Shown piece after piece: positions 1 through 14,723 of a stretch of 64,000 nt of DNA. The notes beneath the pieces were generated by a model, which was not told the origin of the DNA, searched no databases, and was given only the letters and a program-made list of their open reading frames with translations. The stretch's first letter is position 1. The number at the start of each line of letters is the position of its first letter. Where the stretch lies: NCBI RefSeq assembly GCF_013122565.1, contig NZ_CP053258.1. One strand, given 5' to 3'. Origin of the DNA: Escherichia coli. Its GTDB lineage: Bacteria; Pseudomonadota; Gammaproteobacteria; Enterobacterales; Enterobacteriaceae. A program made the translations under genes and the position numbers.

Positions 1-1
1 C

Positions 2-997
2 GAAGAAACTGTTCAGGAGTGGGTGGACAAAATCCGCAAGCAGGTTGCCCCGTTCCTCGATTTCGACTGTGGAGAAAACTCTGCTATCGCGGCGAACAAC
101 TATGACTGGTTCGGCAATATGAATGTGCTGACCTTCCTGCGCGATATTGGCAAACATTTCTCCGTTAACCAGATGATCAACAAAGAAGCGGTTAAGCAGC
201 GTCTCAACCGTGAAGATCAGGGGATTTCGTTCACTGAGTTTTCCTACAACCTGTTGCAGGGTTATGACTTCGCCTGTCTGAACAAACAGTACGGTGTGGT
301 GCTGCAAATTGGTGGTTCTGACCAGTGGGGTAACATCACTTCTGGTATCGACCTGACCCGTCGTCTGCATCAGAATCAGGTGTTTGGCCTGACCGTTCCG
401 CTGATCACCAAAGCAGACGGCACCAAATTTGGTAAAACTGAAGGCGGCGCAGTCTGGTTGGATCCGAAGAAAACCAGCCCGTACAAATTCTACCAGTTCT
501 GGATCAACACTGCGGATGCCGACGTTTACCGCTTCCTGAAGTTCTTCACCTTTATGAGCATTGAAGAGATCAACGCCCTGGAAGAAGAAGATAAAAATAG
601 CGGTAAAGCACCGCGCGCCCAGTATGTACTGGCGGAGCAGGTGACTCGTCTGGTTCACGGTGAAGAAGGTTTGCAGGCGGCAAAACGTATTACCGAATGC
701 CTGTTCAGCGGTTCTTTGAGTGCGCTGAGTGAAGCGGACTTCGAACAGCTGGCGCAGGACGGCGTACCGATGGTTGAGATGGAAAAGGGCGCAGACCTGA
801 TGCAGGCGCTGGTTGATTCTGAACTGCAACCTTCCCGTGGTCAGGCGCGTAAAACTATCGCCTCCAATGCCATTACCATTAACGGTGAAAAACAATCCGA
901 TCCTGAATACTTCTTTAAAGAAGAAGATCGTCTGTTTGGTCGTTTTACCTTACTGCGTCGCGGCAAAAAGAATTACTGTCTGATTTGCTGGAAATAA
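2..997 (+). CDS. tyrS: tyrosyl-tRNA synthetase, C-terminal ~324 codons (5' end outside window)
   Basis: ORF 23..997 open to the window edge; translation ends ...[15 protein letters not shown], recognised as TyrS C-terminus. Confidence 0.93.
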
Positions 998-1012
998 TGC
1001 ATTAAGTGGAAA

Positions 1013-1044
1013 GGGGGAGTGAGAAATCACTCCCCCTGGTTTTT
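1013..1044 (+). terminator. rho-independent terminator/attenuator hairpin after tyrS
   Basis: perfect 10-bp inverted repeat gggggagtga / tcactccccc with gaaa loop, followed by tggttttt. Confidence 0.7.
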
Positions 1045-1055
1045 ATACAGGGAAC

Positions 1056-1919
1056 ATGATGAAAAATATTCTCGCTATCCAGTCTCACGTTGTTTATGGT
1101 CATGCGGGTAACAGTGCGGCAGAGTTTCCGATGCGCCGCCTGGGCGCGAACGTCTGGCCGCTGAACACCGTTCAATTTTCTAATCACACCCAATACGGCA
1201 AATGGACTGGCTGCGTGATGCCGCCCAGCCATTTAACCGAAATTGTGCAAGGCATTGCCGCCATTGATAAATTACACACCTGTGATGCCGTATTAAGTGG
1301 CTATCTGGGTTCGGCGGAGCAGGGTGAACATATCCTCGGTATCGTCCGTCAGGTGAAAGCCGCGAATCCGCAGGCGAAATATTTTTGCGATCCGGTAATG
1401 GGTCATCCGGAAAAAGGCTGTATCGTTGCACCGGGTGTCGCAGAGTTTCATGTGCGGCACGGTTTGCCTGCCAGCGATATCATTGCGCCAAATCTGGTTG
1501 AGCTGGAAATACTCTGTGAGCATGCGGTAAATAACGTCGAAGAAGCGGTTCTGGCAGCGCGCGAACTCATTGCGCAAGGGCCACAAATTGTGTTGGTTAA
1601 ACACCTGGCGCGAGCTGGCTACAGCCGTGACCGTTTTGAAATGCTGCTGGTCACCGCCGATGAAGCCTGGCATATCAGCCGTCCGCTGGTGGATTTTGGT
1701 ATGCGCCAGCCGGTAGGTGTTGGTGATGTGACGAGCGGTTTACTGCTGGTGAAACTGCTTCAGGGGGCAACGCTGCAGGAGGCGCTGGAACATGTGACCG
1801 CTGCAGTCTACGAAATCATGGTGACCACCAAAGCAATGCAGGAATATGAGCTGCAAGTGGTGGCTGCTCAGGATCGTATTGCCAAACCAGAACATTACTT
1901 CAGCGCAACAAAGCTCTGA
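1056..1919 (+). CDS. pdxY: pyridoxal kinase 2 (pyridoxamine kinase)
   Basis: 287-aa ORF, ATG start, recognised PdxY sequence. Confidence 0.93.
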   Translation: MMKNILAIQSHVVYGHAGNSAAEFPMRRLGANVWPLNTVQFSNHTQYGKWTGCVMPPSHLTEIVQGIAAIDKLHTCDAVLSGYLGSAEQGEHILGIVRQVKAANPQAKYFCDPVMGHPEKGCIVAPGVAEFHVRHGLPASDIIAPNLVELEILCEHAVNNVEEAVLAARELIAQGPQIVLVKHLARAGYSRDRFEMLLVTADEAWHISRPLVDFGMRQPVGVGDVTSGLLLVKLLQGATLQEALEHVTAAVYEIMVTTKAMQEYELQVVAAQDRIAKPEHYFSATKL

Positions 1920-1931
1920 AATATCTCATTT

Positions 1932-1955
1932 CGGCCCACAACGACCTGTGGGCCG
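1932..1955. terminator. putative bidirectional terminator hairpin between convergent pdxY and gst
   Basis: inverted repeat cggcccaca / tgtgggccg with 6-nt loop; weak U-tracts. Confidence 0.4.
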
Positions 1956-1965
1956 ATGGCTATTA

Positions 1966-2571
1966 CTACTTTAAGCCTTCCGCTGACAGCACGTCTTGTA
2001 CTTCCGGACGTTCAGCCATACGTTGCATAAATGCTGCAATGTGCTCTAACCCTTCCAGATTCAGTTTCACCGCGTATGCCCAGCGCAGAACCGTAAACAG
2101 ATAGGCATCAGCAATTGTAAATCTTTGCCCACAGATCCAGTGCTCATCCTTCAGTGCCTCGTGAACATATTGCAGCTTCTTCTCCAGCTGCGCGCGAACT
2201 GTCGGTTTGTACTCTTCCGGTGTATCAGGGCGAAACAGAGGTGTGAAACCTTTATGCAGCTCGGTGGCGATGTAATTCAGCCATTCGATGGTTTTATAGC
2301 GGGAAATACTGTTTACCGGTGCCAGCAACTGGCGGTCGGGGACGCTGTCGGCAAGATACTGCATAATCGCTACGCCTTCCGTCAGCAAAGTACCGTCATC
2401 CAGCAGCAATGCAGGTACCTGTCCCTTAGGGTTAACGGCAAAGTAATCGTCACCGTTTTCGAGACGTTTTTTCATTAAATCCACACTGACGAGCGTAAAA
2501 TCCTTTCCGCTCTCACGCAGGGTGATATGGGAAGCGAGAGAGCAGGCGCCCGGTTTGTAGAACAATTTCAT
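1966..2571 (-). CDS. gstA: glutathione S-transferase
   Basis: 201-aa ORF, recognised Gst sequence. Confidence 0.92.
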   Translation of the reverse strand: MKLFYKPGACSLASHITLRESGKDFTLVSVDLMKKRLENGDDYFAVNPKGQVPALLLDDGTLLTEGVAIMQYLADSVPDRQLLAPVNSISRYKTIEWLNYIATELHKGFTPLFRPDTPEEYKPTVRAQLEKKLQYVHEALKDEHWICGQRFTIADAYLFTVLRWAYAVKLNLEGLEHIAAFMQRMAERPEVQDVLSAEGLK

Positions 2572-2620
2572 CGGTAACTCCTTTTGTCTGTGGTTTAAAG
2601 TATGGTAGTGCGTTGCTGAA

Positions 2621-2654
2621 CAAAAAAAAAGCCGCTAACGAAAAGTTAGCGGCT
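2621..2654 (-). terminator. rho-independent terminator of dtpA
   Basis: inverted repeat agccgctaac / gttagcggct plus a 9-nt A-run on + strand (U-tract on - strand), 23 bp downstream of dtpA stop. Confidence 0.75.
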
Positions 2655-2676
2655 TGTAAAAGAGTTTCCCTGAATT

Positions 2677-4179
2677 TTACGCTACGGCTGCTTTCGCCGC
2701 TTTGTCTGCAGCGTCATCCTGCGTCATGCGGTGCAGTTTCGGCGCGGTCAGCAGCATCAGTACTGCAATAACGGCAGTAGCGACACCAATCTGCAAGAAT
2801 ACGCGACCATAGACTTCCAGTGACATCAGCGGATCGGTAACGTTATCCGGCACAGCCATCATACCCGCAACATAACCACCAATCAGGTTTGCACCGGCAG
2901 TGGTCAGGAACCAGCTACCCATAATGAAGCCCATCAGACGCTGCGGAACGAGTTGTGCAACCATTGCCAGACCCAGACCAGAGATCATCAGTTCCCCGAT
3001 GCTCTGCAGGCCATAGCTTGCGACCAGCCAGCTTACAGACACGATACCAGCGTCAGACGCGAATTTCGCACCCAGCGGCAGAATCAGGAACGCACCAGAA
3101 CACATCACCATGCCGATTGCAAACTTGGTTGGCATCGGCAGGGTATCGCCCATCTTGTTATAGATAGCGGCCAGAATCGGACTACCGATGATGATCCAGA
3201 ACGGGTTCAGTGCCTGATACTGCTCAGGTTCTACGGCCAGACCCAGAATGGTGTGTTCAACGTTACGAATCGCAAAGAAGTTCAGTGACGTTGGCATCTG
3301 GCTGTACAGCACGAAGAAGATAATGGCTTCGAGCATCAGGATGAAGGCAACGATCATTTTACGACGCGCAGCACCTTTCATCGCGAAGGCTTCTTTACCG
3401 AAGATCACCACGATACCGAAGGCAACAACGCCCAGCGCCATACGCGCAACTTCCTGATTGTGCAGCAGCCAGGTGGCGATAGCGATCAGTGCCACAACAC
3501 CAATAATGGTCAGCAGCAGGTTACGGTAGTTGATAGGCTCGAAGTCTGGTTTTGAACCGTACTGTTTAACCCAGCGTTGGCAGAAGGCGAAGTTAACGAT
3601 AGTGATCAGCAGGCCTACAACGCTCAACGCAAACGCAACGCTCCAGCCGTATTTCGCAGCCAGCCACGGGGTGGCGATCATAGAGAAGAAAGAGCCGATG
3701 TTGACGGACATGTAGTACATGGTGAATGCACCGTCCAGACGTGGGTCGTTTTTCTCATAGCATGTAGAAAGCAGAGAAGACGGGTTAGCTTTAAACAGGC
3801 CGTTACCGACCGCAATAGCCGCCATACCCATATAAACAATACCGGCGTCGTGACCAGACCAGGCAACCAGAGCATAACCAATCGCCAGCACAATAGCGCC
3901 GAGCATAATTACGCGTTTAGTACCCAGTACCTTGTCACCTAACCAGCCGCCGATAGCGACCAGACCATAAACCAGGGCACTAAAGGAAGAGAAAAGGGTG
4001 ATTGAATCCGCTTCAGACATACCCAGTTGTTTAACCAGGTAAACAGCCATAATTCCTTGTAGGCCGTAATAACCAAAACGTTCCCATAACTCAATCGAGA
4101 AGATGAGATAGAACGCCTTCGGTTGTTTGAAAGCGTTCAAACTGACGCTTTCAGTTGGTTTTTGGTTTGCAGTGGACAC
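2677..4179 (-). CDS. dtpA: proton-dependent di/tripeptide permease (POT family)
   Basis: 500-aa polytopic membrane ORF recognised as DtpA/TppB. Confidence 0.92.
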
Positions 4180-4789
4180 TTTTACCTCTTTTTTTACATC
4201 CCATATTAACGGGGGTGCTTTCTCGCGTTATGTCTAAAAAACATACGCGCAATTGTTATAGTGGGAGGGGAAACGGCAGGTAATGTTCACTATCTTGCAC
4301 TTTCAGACAAGTCCTTTGTAATAATCTGTTACATATAACTGGGGCGGGGAATTCAACCATTCCGGGAAATGTTATGCAGCGTTAAATTTTTCAAAAAACG
4401 TAACGGCAGATTTTTTCACTGCATTGAGAGGGGGATGATGGCTTAACGGCGATATGTTCTGCTATTTAGCGTTTTTCCTAGTGAGATAGTCCAGTTTCTG
4501 AAAAATAGCCAGTGTAATGTTTTGTAGGTCAATATTTGTTGCGTGTGTAAATTTAAATGATTTTAACCTGATTCTTGCAATGTTTTTACATTGCCACAGC
4601 ATCGTGATCTTGATCACGAATGAATAGAAAATTTCGCTATTAAAAAAACAATTAACCTGCATTTTTGGTTATCCGCAAACGGATTACCTGATGATAACGC
4701 TAAGCAATGGCATCATTGACGTTAAAAAGATGTTTTAAAAGAGGATAAAGAAAGGTTATGAATGGGGTAATCGGTGTTACCCCTTATCA

Positions 4790-5425
4790 TTAGATGTCAA
4801 CTTTCTCTTTGTATTCACAAAGATCTTCAATAATACAAGAGCCACAGCGAGGCTTGCGGGCAATGCAGGTATAACGCCCGTGCAGGATCAACCAATGGTG
4901 GCAGTCGACTTTAAACTCTGCCGGAACCACTTTCAGTAGCTTTTCTTCTACCTGTTCGACGTTTTTCCCCGGCGCAAATTGAGTACGATTACAAACGCGG
5001 AAAATGTGCGTGTCGACAGCAATAGTCGGCCAGCCGAATGCAGTGTTTAATACGACGTTGGCTGTTTTACGACCTACGCCGGGCAGGGCTTCAAGCGCAG
5101 CACGATCTTCCGGAACCTCGCCATTATGCTGCTCCAGTAAGATACGGCAGGTTTTGATGATATTTTCTGCTTTGCTGTTATAAAGCCCAATCGTTTTGAT
5201 ATAGGTTTTCACCCCTTCAACGCCCAGTTCAAGCATCGCTGCAGGCGTATTCGCCACCGGGTAGAGTTTCGCCGTCGCCTTATTAACACTGACATCGGTC
5301 GCCTGAGCGGAAAGCAGTACGGCAATCAACAATTCAAAAGGCGAACTGAAATTAAGCTCGGTGGTGGGATGAGGATTGTTCTCACGCAGGCGAGTGAGGA
5401 TCTCCAGGCGTTTTGCTTTGTTCAT
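4790..5425 (-). CDS. nth: endonuclease III (DNA glycosylase/AP lyase)
   Basis: 211-aa ORF with C-terminal Cys cluster (CIARKPRCGSCIIEDLC); start ATG overlaps rsxE stop (ATGA). Confidence 0.93.
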   Translation of the reverse strand: MNKAKRLEILTRLRENNPHPTTELNFSSPFELLIAVLLSAQATDVSVNKATAKLYPVANTPAAMLELGVEGVKTYIKTIGLYNSKAENIIKTCRILLEQHNGEVPEDRAALEALPGVGRKTANVVLNTAFGWPTIAVDTHIFRVCNRTQFAPGKNVEQVEEKLLKVVPAEFKVDCHHWLILHGRYTCIARKPRCGSCIIEDLCEYKEKVDI

Positions 5426-6120
5426 CAGACATTCCCTGTTTCACCGTTTGGCAATGCACGTTCGGCAGCTGCTTCAGTACGGCGCTTTTTCATTCTTTCA
5501 TCAATCAGGTATTTTCCTGCCAGCATCAGTCCCAGGCCAATAAATGCACCTGGTGGCAGCATCGCCAACAGGAAAGGGGAGTCGGTGTGGAAAATCTCCA
5601 CGCGTAATACTTTTGCCCAGCTACCTAACAGCGCATCAGCACCGTCAAACAATGTGCCATTGCCGATAATTTCGCGTAGTGAACCCAGCACGAACATGGC
5701 GCAGGTTGCGCCCATACCAATTGAAAAGCCGTCCAGTGCCGAAAGCGCCGGACCTTTTTTGGCGGCGAAGGCTTCAGCGCGGCCCACAACGATACAGTTA
5801 GTGACAATAAGCGGAATAAAAATCCCTAATGATTGATACAGGCCAAAGGCGTAGGCGTTGATCAGCATCTGTACAGCGCTGACCACCGAGGCGATGATCA
5901 TCACGTAAATGGGAATGCGGATCTCGGCTGGCGTCCAGTGACGCAGCGTCGAAATGGTCAGGTTGGTCAGCGTCAGTACCAGCGTAGTCGCAAGTCCTAA
6001 ACCCAGAGCGTTAGTGGCAGTGGACGTGACCGCCAACAGAGGACAAAGGCCGAGCAACTGGACCAGCGCAGAGTTGTTTTTCCACAACCCCTGAACAATA
6101 ACGTCTTTAATTTCGCTCAC
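5425..6120 (-). CDS. rsxE: Rsx/Rnf electron transport complex subunit E
   Basis: 231-aa membrane ORF in rsx operon context. Confidence 0.9.
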
Positions 6121-6123
6121 GCT

Positions 6124-6744
6124 TTATTCTCCACAGGCAGGAAGTTGAGAAAGTTGTGCCGGTAACGTCTGAGCGTACAATCCGGCGCGTTTTACCGCAT
6201 TAACCACCGCGCGGGGAGTAATCGTCGCGCCGGTGAACTGGTCGAAATCACCACCATCTTTCTTCACCGCCCAGTGCGCATCATCCGCACCACTGATTTT
6301 TTTACCCGCAAAATGGGTGATCCAGTCAGAAAGGCGCAGTTCGATTTTATCGCCAAGCCCTGGCGTTTCGTGGTGCTCTGTCACGCGCGTGCCAAGTACC
6401 GTGCCGTTAAAATCGGCTCCCACCAGCAGCTGAATCGCACCGGAATAGCCATCTGGCGCGGTTGCTTCCAGAACGGCGGCTACCGGTTTGTCATTCTGTT
6501 TGGCGATGTAAACCCGATGCTCACCTTTACCTAACTCTGGCGCAGTTACCAGATAGCAACTCTGTGCCAGCGCATTGTTATAGCGTTCGGCTGGCAGCAC
6601 CTGATCAAATAACGCCTTTTGTTGCAGACTGGCCTGTTCAGCAATCGTCGTTTTGGTCATCTGGTTGATGGCCGCAGTTAACCCTGTTGAACCCGCTGCA
6701 AATAGCGCCAACGTAATGCCGTGTTTTCGGATAGTTTTCAGCAT
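6124..6744 (-). CDS. rsxG: Rsx/Rnf complex subunit G
   Basis: 206-aa ORF with N-terminal signal/anchor, operon context. Confidence 0.9.
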   Translation of the reverse strand: MLKTIRKHGITLALFAAGSTGLTAAINQMTKTTIAEQASLQQKALFDQVLPAERYNNALAQSCYLVTAPELGKGEHRVYIAKQNDKPVAAVLEATAPDGYSGAIQLLVGADFNGTVLGTRVTEHHETPGLGDKIELRLSDWITHFAGKKISGADDAHWAVKKDGGDFDQFTGATITPRAVVNAVKRAGLYAQTLPAQLSQLPACGE

Positions 6745-6747
6745 GGT

Positions 6748-7806
6748 TTACCCTTTGCGATGGCCGTAGACGCGCGGACGCGTGTAGTAATCGATCAGAG
6801 GAACCGTGATGTTCGCCAGCAGGACGGCAAAAGCCACGCCGTCAGGATAGCCGCCGAAACTGCGGATCAACCAGACCAATAAGCCCGCCAGCGCGCCGAA
6901 AATAAGACGACCACGATTGGTCGTAGAAGCGGTAACCGGGTCAGTCAAAATAAAGAATGCGCCGAGCATGGTCGCTCCAGACAGCAGATGAATTTGCGGT
7001 GCTGCCAGTGTTTCTGGTGAGAACAACCAGCCCAACGTTGCGCATAACGCCAGCGTTACTAAGAAGCTGAGGGGAATATGCCAGCGAATCGCTTTCTGCC
7101 ATAGCAACCACACCCCGCCAGCCAGCCAGGCGAGATTTACCCATTGCCAACCAGCGCCCGCCAGCATACCGCTGTAGATCGGATATTGCATAATCTGTTC
7201 AACCGAATGACCGGCACGGACAGAGGTTTTAAATGTATCCAGCGGTGTCGCCTGACTAATGCCATCAATACCTAAGCGTAGTGTGTTCATATCACCACCA
7301 CTGGCGGTATGCCCGCTGAAAATAACCTGTATGGCGTCGATAAAACCAGGGATGTTGACCGCAATTTCATGTGGCGGTAACCAGCTGGTCATCTGCACCG
7401 GGAAGGAGATCAGTAAGACCACATAACCAACCATTGCCGGATTAAATGGGTTTTGCCCCAGACCGCCATACAACTGTTTAGCGATGATCACCGCAAACAC
7501 CGTACCCAGCACGACCATCCACCATGGCGCGAGGGGGGGAATACTTACCGCCAGCAATAAGCCTGTCAGCAATGCTGAGTTATCTTTCAACGTTGCGGCT
7601 ACCGACTGCTTGCGTAGTTTGAGTACGAGAGCTTCGGCTAACAGAGCACTAACCGATGCCAACAGGATCTGAACGAGAGTACCCCAACCAAAAAACCACA
7701 GTTGCGCTGCGATTCCTGGCACGGCTGCGAGCAACACCAACAGCATAATGCGCGATGTCTGGCGCTGGTTATGGGTATAAGGGGAGCTAGCTATTCTGAA
7801 TACCAT
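6748..7806 (-). CDS. rsxD: Rsx/Rnf complex subunit D
   Basis: 352-aa polytopic membrane ORF, operon context. Confidence 0.9.
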   Translation of the reverse strand: MVFRIASSPYTHNQRQTSRIMLLVLLAAVPGIAAQLWFFGWGTLVQILLASVSALLAEALVLKLRKQSVAATLKDNSALLTGLLLAVSIPPLAPWWMVVLGTVFAVIIAKQLYGGLGQNPFNPAMVGYVVLLISFPVQMTSWLPPHEIAVNIPGFIDAIQVIFSGHTASGGDMNTLRLGIDGISQATPLDTFKTSVRAGHSVEQIMQYPIYSGMLAGAGWQWVNLAWLAGGVWLLWQKAIRWHIPLSFLVTLALCATLGWLFSPETLAAPQIHLLSGATMLGAFFILTDPVTASTTNRGRLIFGALAGLLVWLIRSFGGYPDGVAFAVLLANITVPLIDYYTRPRVYGHRKG

Positions 7807-10503
<2,697 letters not shown>

Positions 10504-10504
<1 letters not shown>

Positions 10505-11085
10505 TACAACTTCACCAAACCACTAAAGCCCATAAAGGCCAGAGACATAAGACCTGCGGTAATTAACGCAATGGCATTACCGCGAAAAGGTGCCGGGACA
10601 TCAGCCACAGCAAGGCGTTCGCGGATGGCGGCGAAGAGAACCATCACCAGCGAGAAACCGACAGCGGCGGAAAAACCGTACAGCGCCGACTGCAAGAAAT
10701 TGTGCCCGAGATTGATATTCAGCAACGCCACGCCGAGCACGGCACAGTTGGTGGTGATAAGCGGCAAAAAAATCCCCAGCAGACGGTAAAGCACCGGGCT
10801 GGTTTTGCGCACCACCATTTCGGTGAACTGCACAACCACAGCAATCACCAGAATAAACGCCAGGGTGCGCAGGTAAATCAGATTAAGTGGGATCAAAATC
10901 CACGTATCAATAAGCCAGGCGCAAATAGACGCCAGCGTCATCACAAACGTTGTTGCCAGCCCCATGCCCATCGCGGTTTCCAGCTTTTTGGAAACCCCCA
11001 TAAACGGACAGAGACCGAGAAACTTGACCAGTACAAAGTTATTGACCAGTACAGTTCCGACAAACAGTAACAGGTAGTCAGTCAT
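10504..11085 (-). CDS. rsxA: Rsx/Rnf complex subunit A
   Basis: 193-aa membrane ORF; stop overlaps rsxB start. Confidence 0.9.
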
Positions 11086-11161
11086 TTTTCGGCCTGAAAT
11101 AAAAAAGCCGCCTATTATCCGTTAATCCAGAGCAGGCGACAACAGGTTAACTGTAAGGTTA

Positions 11162-11602
11162 TTACGGATTCACAAACGTCGCTTTTACCCGCGACGAGCG
11201 TTTGAAATAGGGGACGATCAATGCGGTTGCCAACAAAGTAAACAGCAACTGGCGAACGGCTATGCCATCTTCCACGGGTGAAAAAGCGAACGCTTTTACT
11301 GCCAGTAAGACGGAAATAAGCAGCCAGATAATATAGTGTTTAGGAACACAACGCCGACGTTTAAAGAAAGCGATGGTCAACCACAGTGTGTAATACCACA
11401 TGGCGATAGCGGTAATAAAAGAAACGCCCCATAAGATTTGTGTTGTCAGTGCTTGTCCGCCGAGCGTTTGAAATGTTTGCGGAGAAGATAACGCAGCGGT
11501 ATACAGCAACAACGCCAGCGTCGTACTTAACAGAGCGACTAAAAGCCAGGCCAACGGGCCAAGCAACCAGCCTCCAATACGTTGTGGCGTTGTGGTGGTC
11601 AT
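11162..11602 (-). CDS. ydgK: inner membrane protein YdgK
   Basis: 146-aa ORF from ATG at 11602 (MTTTTPQRIGGW...); the track ORF extends upstream to a TTG. Confidence 0.8.
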   Translation of the reverse strand: MTTTTPQRIGGWLLGPLAWLLVALLSTTLALLLYTAALSSPQTFQTLGGQALTTQILWGVSFITAIAMWYYTLWLTIAFFKRRRCVPKHYIIWLLISVLLAVKAFAFSPVEDGIAVRQLLFTLLATALIVPYFKRSSRVKATFVNP

Positions 11603-11687
11603 AGGTTCTCCAGAATAGCGACGCAAACAGGCAAATCTAATTTTAGGGGCGTTATTATAAGGCTTTTATAACCGATCGCTACTTTCT

Positions 11688-11903
11688 TTATTGGACATAG
11701 TGCCAGACGGACTTCGGTACCTGGCCGAGGTCAAACAAACGCCCGCCAGAAACCAGCTCTGCGCGACGGTGATCGGCAGCACGATACATATTGATCAGTT
11801 CCTGATCGTCCGTCAGGGTGTAATTAAGATGGTCGTAGAGTTTTTCCAGACTTTCGAGTGAACTGATTTTGCGAAATTTTAATAAGTAGTCCTGAACAGT
11901 CAT
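11688..11903 (-). CDS. cnu: Hha-family nucleoid-associated protein Cnu (YdgT)
   Basis: 71-aa [15 protein letters not shown]... recognised as Cnu. Confidence 0.88.
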
Positions 11904-12174
11904 AAAAGGTCCATAAAATAATTAATACCAAAGGGGTAGGTATTATTAGTGATGATAAAATTTCACCAAAGTGAACGCTTGTTTTATTACAAAAATAAGA
12001 ATGCGCTGATGGCAAATATTCAGGGATGAAAAACTGCTCTGAAAAGAGTAACGCGCTTTACTATCCCTGACAATCACCAAAAACATCGAACAAGATAATA
12101 AATTCCTGGTTTAATATCCGACAAATGAAAACATGCACCCGGACGAGCAGCATGTCGCTCTACAAGCGCAGAGC

Positions 12175-12300
12175 TTACTTGTGTTGTACCGTAGTACTCT
12201 GTTCAGGTGGCTGATAGTTGTCAATGTGACTCGCCACGCCAAGAAGAATGACTGAAACGACAAGAACGATCCAACCTGTTAATTCAATAAGACGATTCAT
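12175..12300 (-). CDS. blr: 41-aa small membrane protein Blr
   Basis: my manual translation of the - strand gives MNRLIELTGWIVLVVSVILLGVASHIDNYQPPEQSTTVQHK; this ORF is below the track's size cutoff. Confidence 0.75.
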   Translation of the reverse strand: MNRLIELTGWIVLVVSVILLGVASHIDNYQPPEQSTTVQHK

Positions 12301-12542
12301 TACAACTCACATCTCTGTTGATTGATCCATTAACTTCAGGGGGTAAATGTTACTTAGCAATAATAGCTCCAGCAAGATTTTTACTGAGGTTTTTGCGATA
12401 TTTAGCTTTTGTCGTTGGAAAAATCGCTATTTTTTTGACTTAAGTTAAACAACATCCCTTATTGCTGGCAGGTTATTAAACTGTTGAGCGAGGGTAAAGG
12501 ATAGTGTCAAATAGCCATCATACTTCAATGAGAGGCAATGAC

Positions 12543-13583
12543 ATGAGCGACAACATCCGTGTTGGGTTGATTGGGTATGGTTATGCGAGCAAAACCTTCC
12601 ATGCGCCCCTGATTGCGGGCACGCCCGGGCTGGAACTGGCGGTAATCTCCAGCAGCGATGAAACAAAAGTAAAAGCCGACTGGCCAACGGTTACGGTTGT
12701 CTCTGAGCCCAAGCATCTGTTTAACGATCCCAACATAGACCTGATTGTCATTCCTACACCCAACGATACCCATTTCCCGTTAGCCAAAGCAGCGCTTGAG
12801 GCGGGTAAACATGTGGTCGTTGATAAACCCTTTACCGTGACACTGTCACAAGCGCGAGAGCTGGATGCACTGGCAAAAAGCCTGGGGCGTGTGCTGTCTG
12901 TATTCCATAACCGTCGTTGGGATAGCGATTTCTTGACGCTAAAAGGTTTGCTCGCGGAAGGCGTGCTGGGTGAAGTTGCTTACTTTGAGTCTCATTTTGA
13001 CCGCTTCCGTCCGCAGGTGCGCGATCGTTGGCGTGAACAGGGCGGCCCAGGCAGCGGTATCTGGTACGATTTAGCACCACATCTTCTTGATCAGGCCATT
13101 ACGCTATTTGGTTTACCGGTCAGCATGACGGTAGATTTGGCACAGTTACGGCCCGGAGCGCAGTCGACCGATTATTTCCACGCCATCTTGTCCTATCCAC
13201 AGCGGCGAGTCATTTTACACGGTACCATGCTGGCAGCCGCTGAGTCAGCACGGTATATCGTGCATGGATCCCGAGGCAGTTATGTGAAATATGGCCTCGA
13301 TCCACAGGAAGAACGTCTGAAAAGTGGCGAGCGTCTGCCGCAGGAAGACTGGGGCTACGATATGCGTGATGGCGTACTTACCCGCGTGGTAGGTGAGGAA
13401 CGTGTCGAAGAAACGCTGTTGACGGTGCCTGGGAATTATCCGGCTTACTATGCGGCGATTCGTGATGCGTTAAATGGCGATGGTGAAAATCCGGTTCCGG
13501 CAAGCCAGGCAATCCAGGTAATGGAGTTGATTGAGCTGGGCATCGAATCCGCCAAACATCGCGCGACTTTGTGCCTTGCATGA
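12543..13583 (+). CDS. ydgJ: Gfo/Idh/MocA-family NAD(P)-dependent oxidoreductase
   Basis: 346-aa ORF from ATG 12543; N-terminal Rossmann motif GLIGYGYASK. Confidence 0.85.
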   Translation: MSDNIRVGLIGYGYASKTFHAPLIAGTPGLELAVISSSDETKVKADWPTVTVVSEPKHLFNDPNIDLIVIPTPNDTHFPLAKAALEAGKHVVVDKPFTVTLSQARELDALAKSLGRVLSVFHNRRWDSDFLTLKGLLAEGVLGEVAYFESHFDRFRPQVRDRWREQGGPGSGIWYDLAPHLLDQAITLFGLPVSMTVDLAQLRPGAQSTDYFHAILSYPQRRVILHGTMLAAAESARYIVHGSRGSYVKYGLDPQEERLKSGERLPQEDWGYDMRDGVLTRVVGEERVEETLLTVPGNYPAYYAAIRDALNGDGENPVPASQAIQVMELIELGIESAKHRATLCLA

Positions 13584-13618
13584 AAAATGGATGGTGCAAT
13601 TTGCACCATCCATTTTTG
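13583..13618. terminator. bidirectional rho-independent terminator between ydgJ and add
   Basis: perfect 13-bp palindrome atggatggtgcaa/ttgcaccatccat flanked by aaaa and ttttt. Confidence 0.8.
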
Positions 13619-14620
13619 TTACTTCGCTGCGGCTTTTTCTCGCAGTGCGCGTTTTTCCTCAGCGCTGAGGAAAGCCATTTCCAGACCATTAATCTGTGCC
13701 TGGCGGATTTGCTCGCGGGATAACCCAGCAGCTGGCGCGGCAACGTTATATTCGTGAATGATATCCACTCCCTGTACGCCGGGATCGTCAGTGTTAATGC
13801 TGGCACGAATGCCATGCTCAAGGAACGTTTTCAGCGGATGGGCAGCCAGCTCTGCCACGGTGCTGGTCTGAATATTGGAGGTCAGACAGGATTCAATACC
13901 AATTTGTTGCTCGGCGAGAAAATCCATCAGCGCCCGATCTTCAATGGCTTTTACGCCATGTCCAATACGCTCCGCCCCCAGTTCACGAATCGCCTGCCAG
14001 ATGCTTTCCGGCCCGGCAGCTTCGCCTGCATGGACGGTAATATGCCAGCCCGCATCACGCGCGCGGTTGAAGTGAGAAAGGAACAGACTTCCAGGGAAAC
14101 CAAGTTCATCACCGGCTAAATCAAGTGCGGTAATCTGGTCACGGTGGGCTAAAAAGGCCTCTAGCTCTTGCTGACAGGCGGCTTCGCCGAAGGTCCGGCT
14201 CATAATGCCGATAAGCTTCGCCTGCACACCAAAGGTGCGGCAACCTTCACGTACGCCATCGATCACCGCTTCGACAACACCTGCAACAGGCAGCTGATGT
14301 GCCATTGCCATGTAGCCTGGTGAAAAACGCAGCTCGACATAGTGCAGGCCGTGACGGGCTGCATCTTCAATGTTTTCAAATGCCACGCGGCGACAAGCAT
14401 CAAGAGAGGCGAGAACTTTAACGCCCCAGTCAAGTTTGGTCAGAAAGCTCACCAGATCGGGTTCGTTGGCAATGACCTGAACGTGGGGAATCAGTGTTTC
14501 CAGGGATTGTGCAGGAAGCGAGATATTATACTGGCGGCCAAGTTCAAGAATGGTCTGGGGACGAATGTTGCCATCAAGGTGGCGATGGATATCAGTTAAT
14601 GGCAGGGTGGTATCAATCAT
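13619..14620 (-). CDS. add: adenosine deaminase
   Basis: 333-aa ORF recognised as Add. Confidence 0.92.
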   Translation of the reverse strand: MIDTTLPLTDIHRHLDGNIRPQTILELGRQYNISLPAQSLETLIPHVQVIANEPDLVSFLTKLDWGVKVLASLDACRRVAFENIEDAARHGLHYVELRFSPGYMAMAHQLPVAGVVEAVIDGVREGCRTFGVQAKLIGIMSRTFGEAACQQELEAFLAHRDQITALDLAGDELGFPGSLFLSHFNRARDAGWHITVHAGEAAGPESIWQAIRELGAERIGHGVKAIEDRALMDFLAEQQIGIESCLTSNIQTSTVAELAAHPLKTFLEHGIRASINTDDPGVQGVDIIHEYNVAAPAAGLSREQIRQAQINGLEMAFLSAEEKRALREKAAAK

Positions 14621-14723
14621 GGTCGCACTCTTTTTCTGGATATAAAAGTGCGCACCATTATAAAAACAAAGCAGGGTAAAAATCCACGATTGCGCAACGA
14701 TTTTTTACGTTGCGCAATTGGGG

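Noticed and set aside
4462-4662. 66-aa minus-strand ORF in the dtpA upstream region
   Set aside because: AT-rich intergenic DNA, no recognisable RBS or domain; likely chance ORF.
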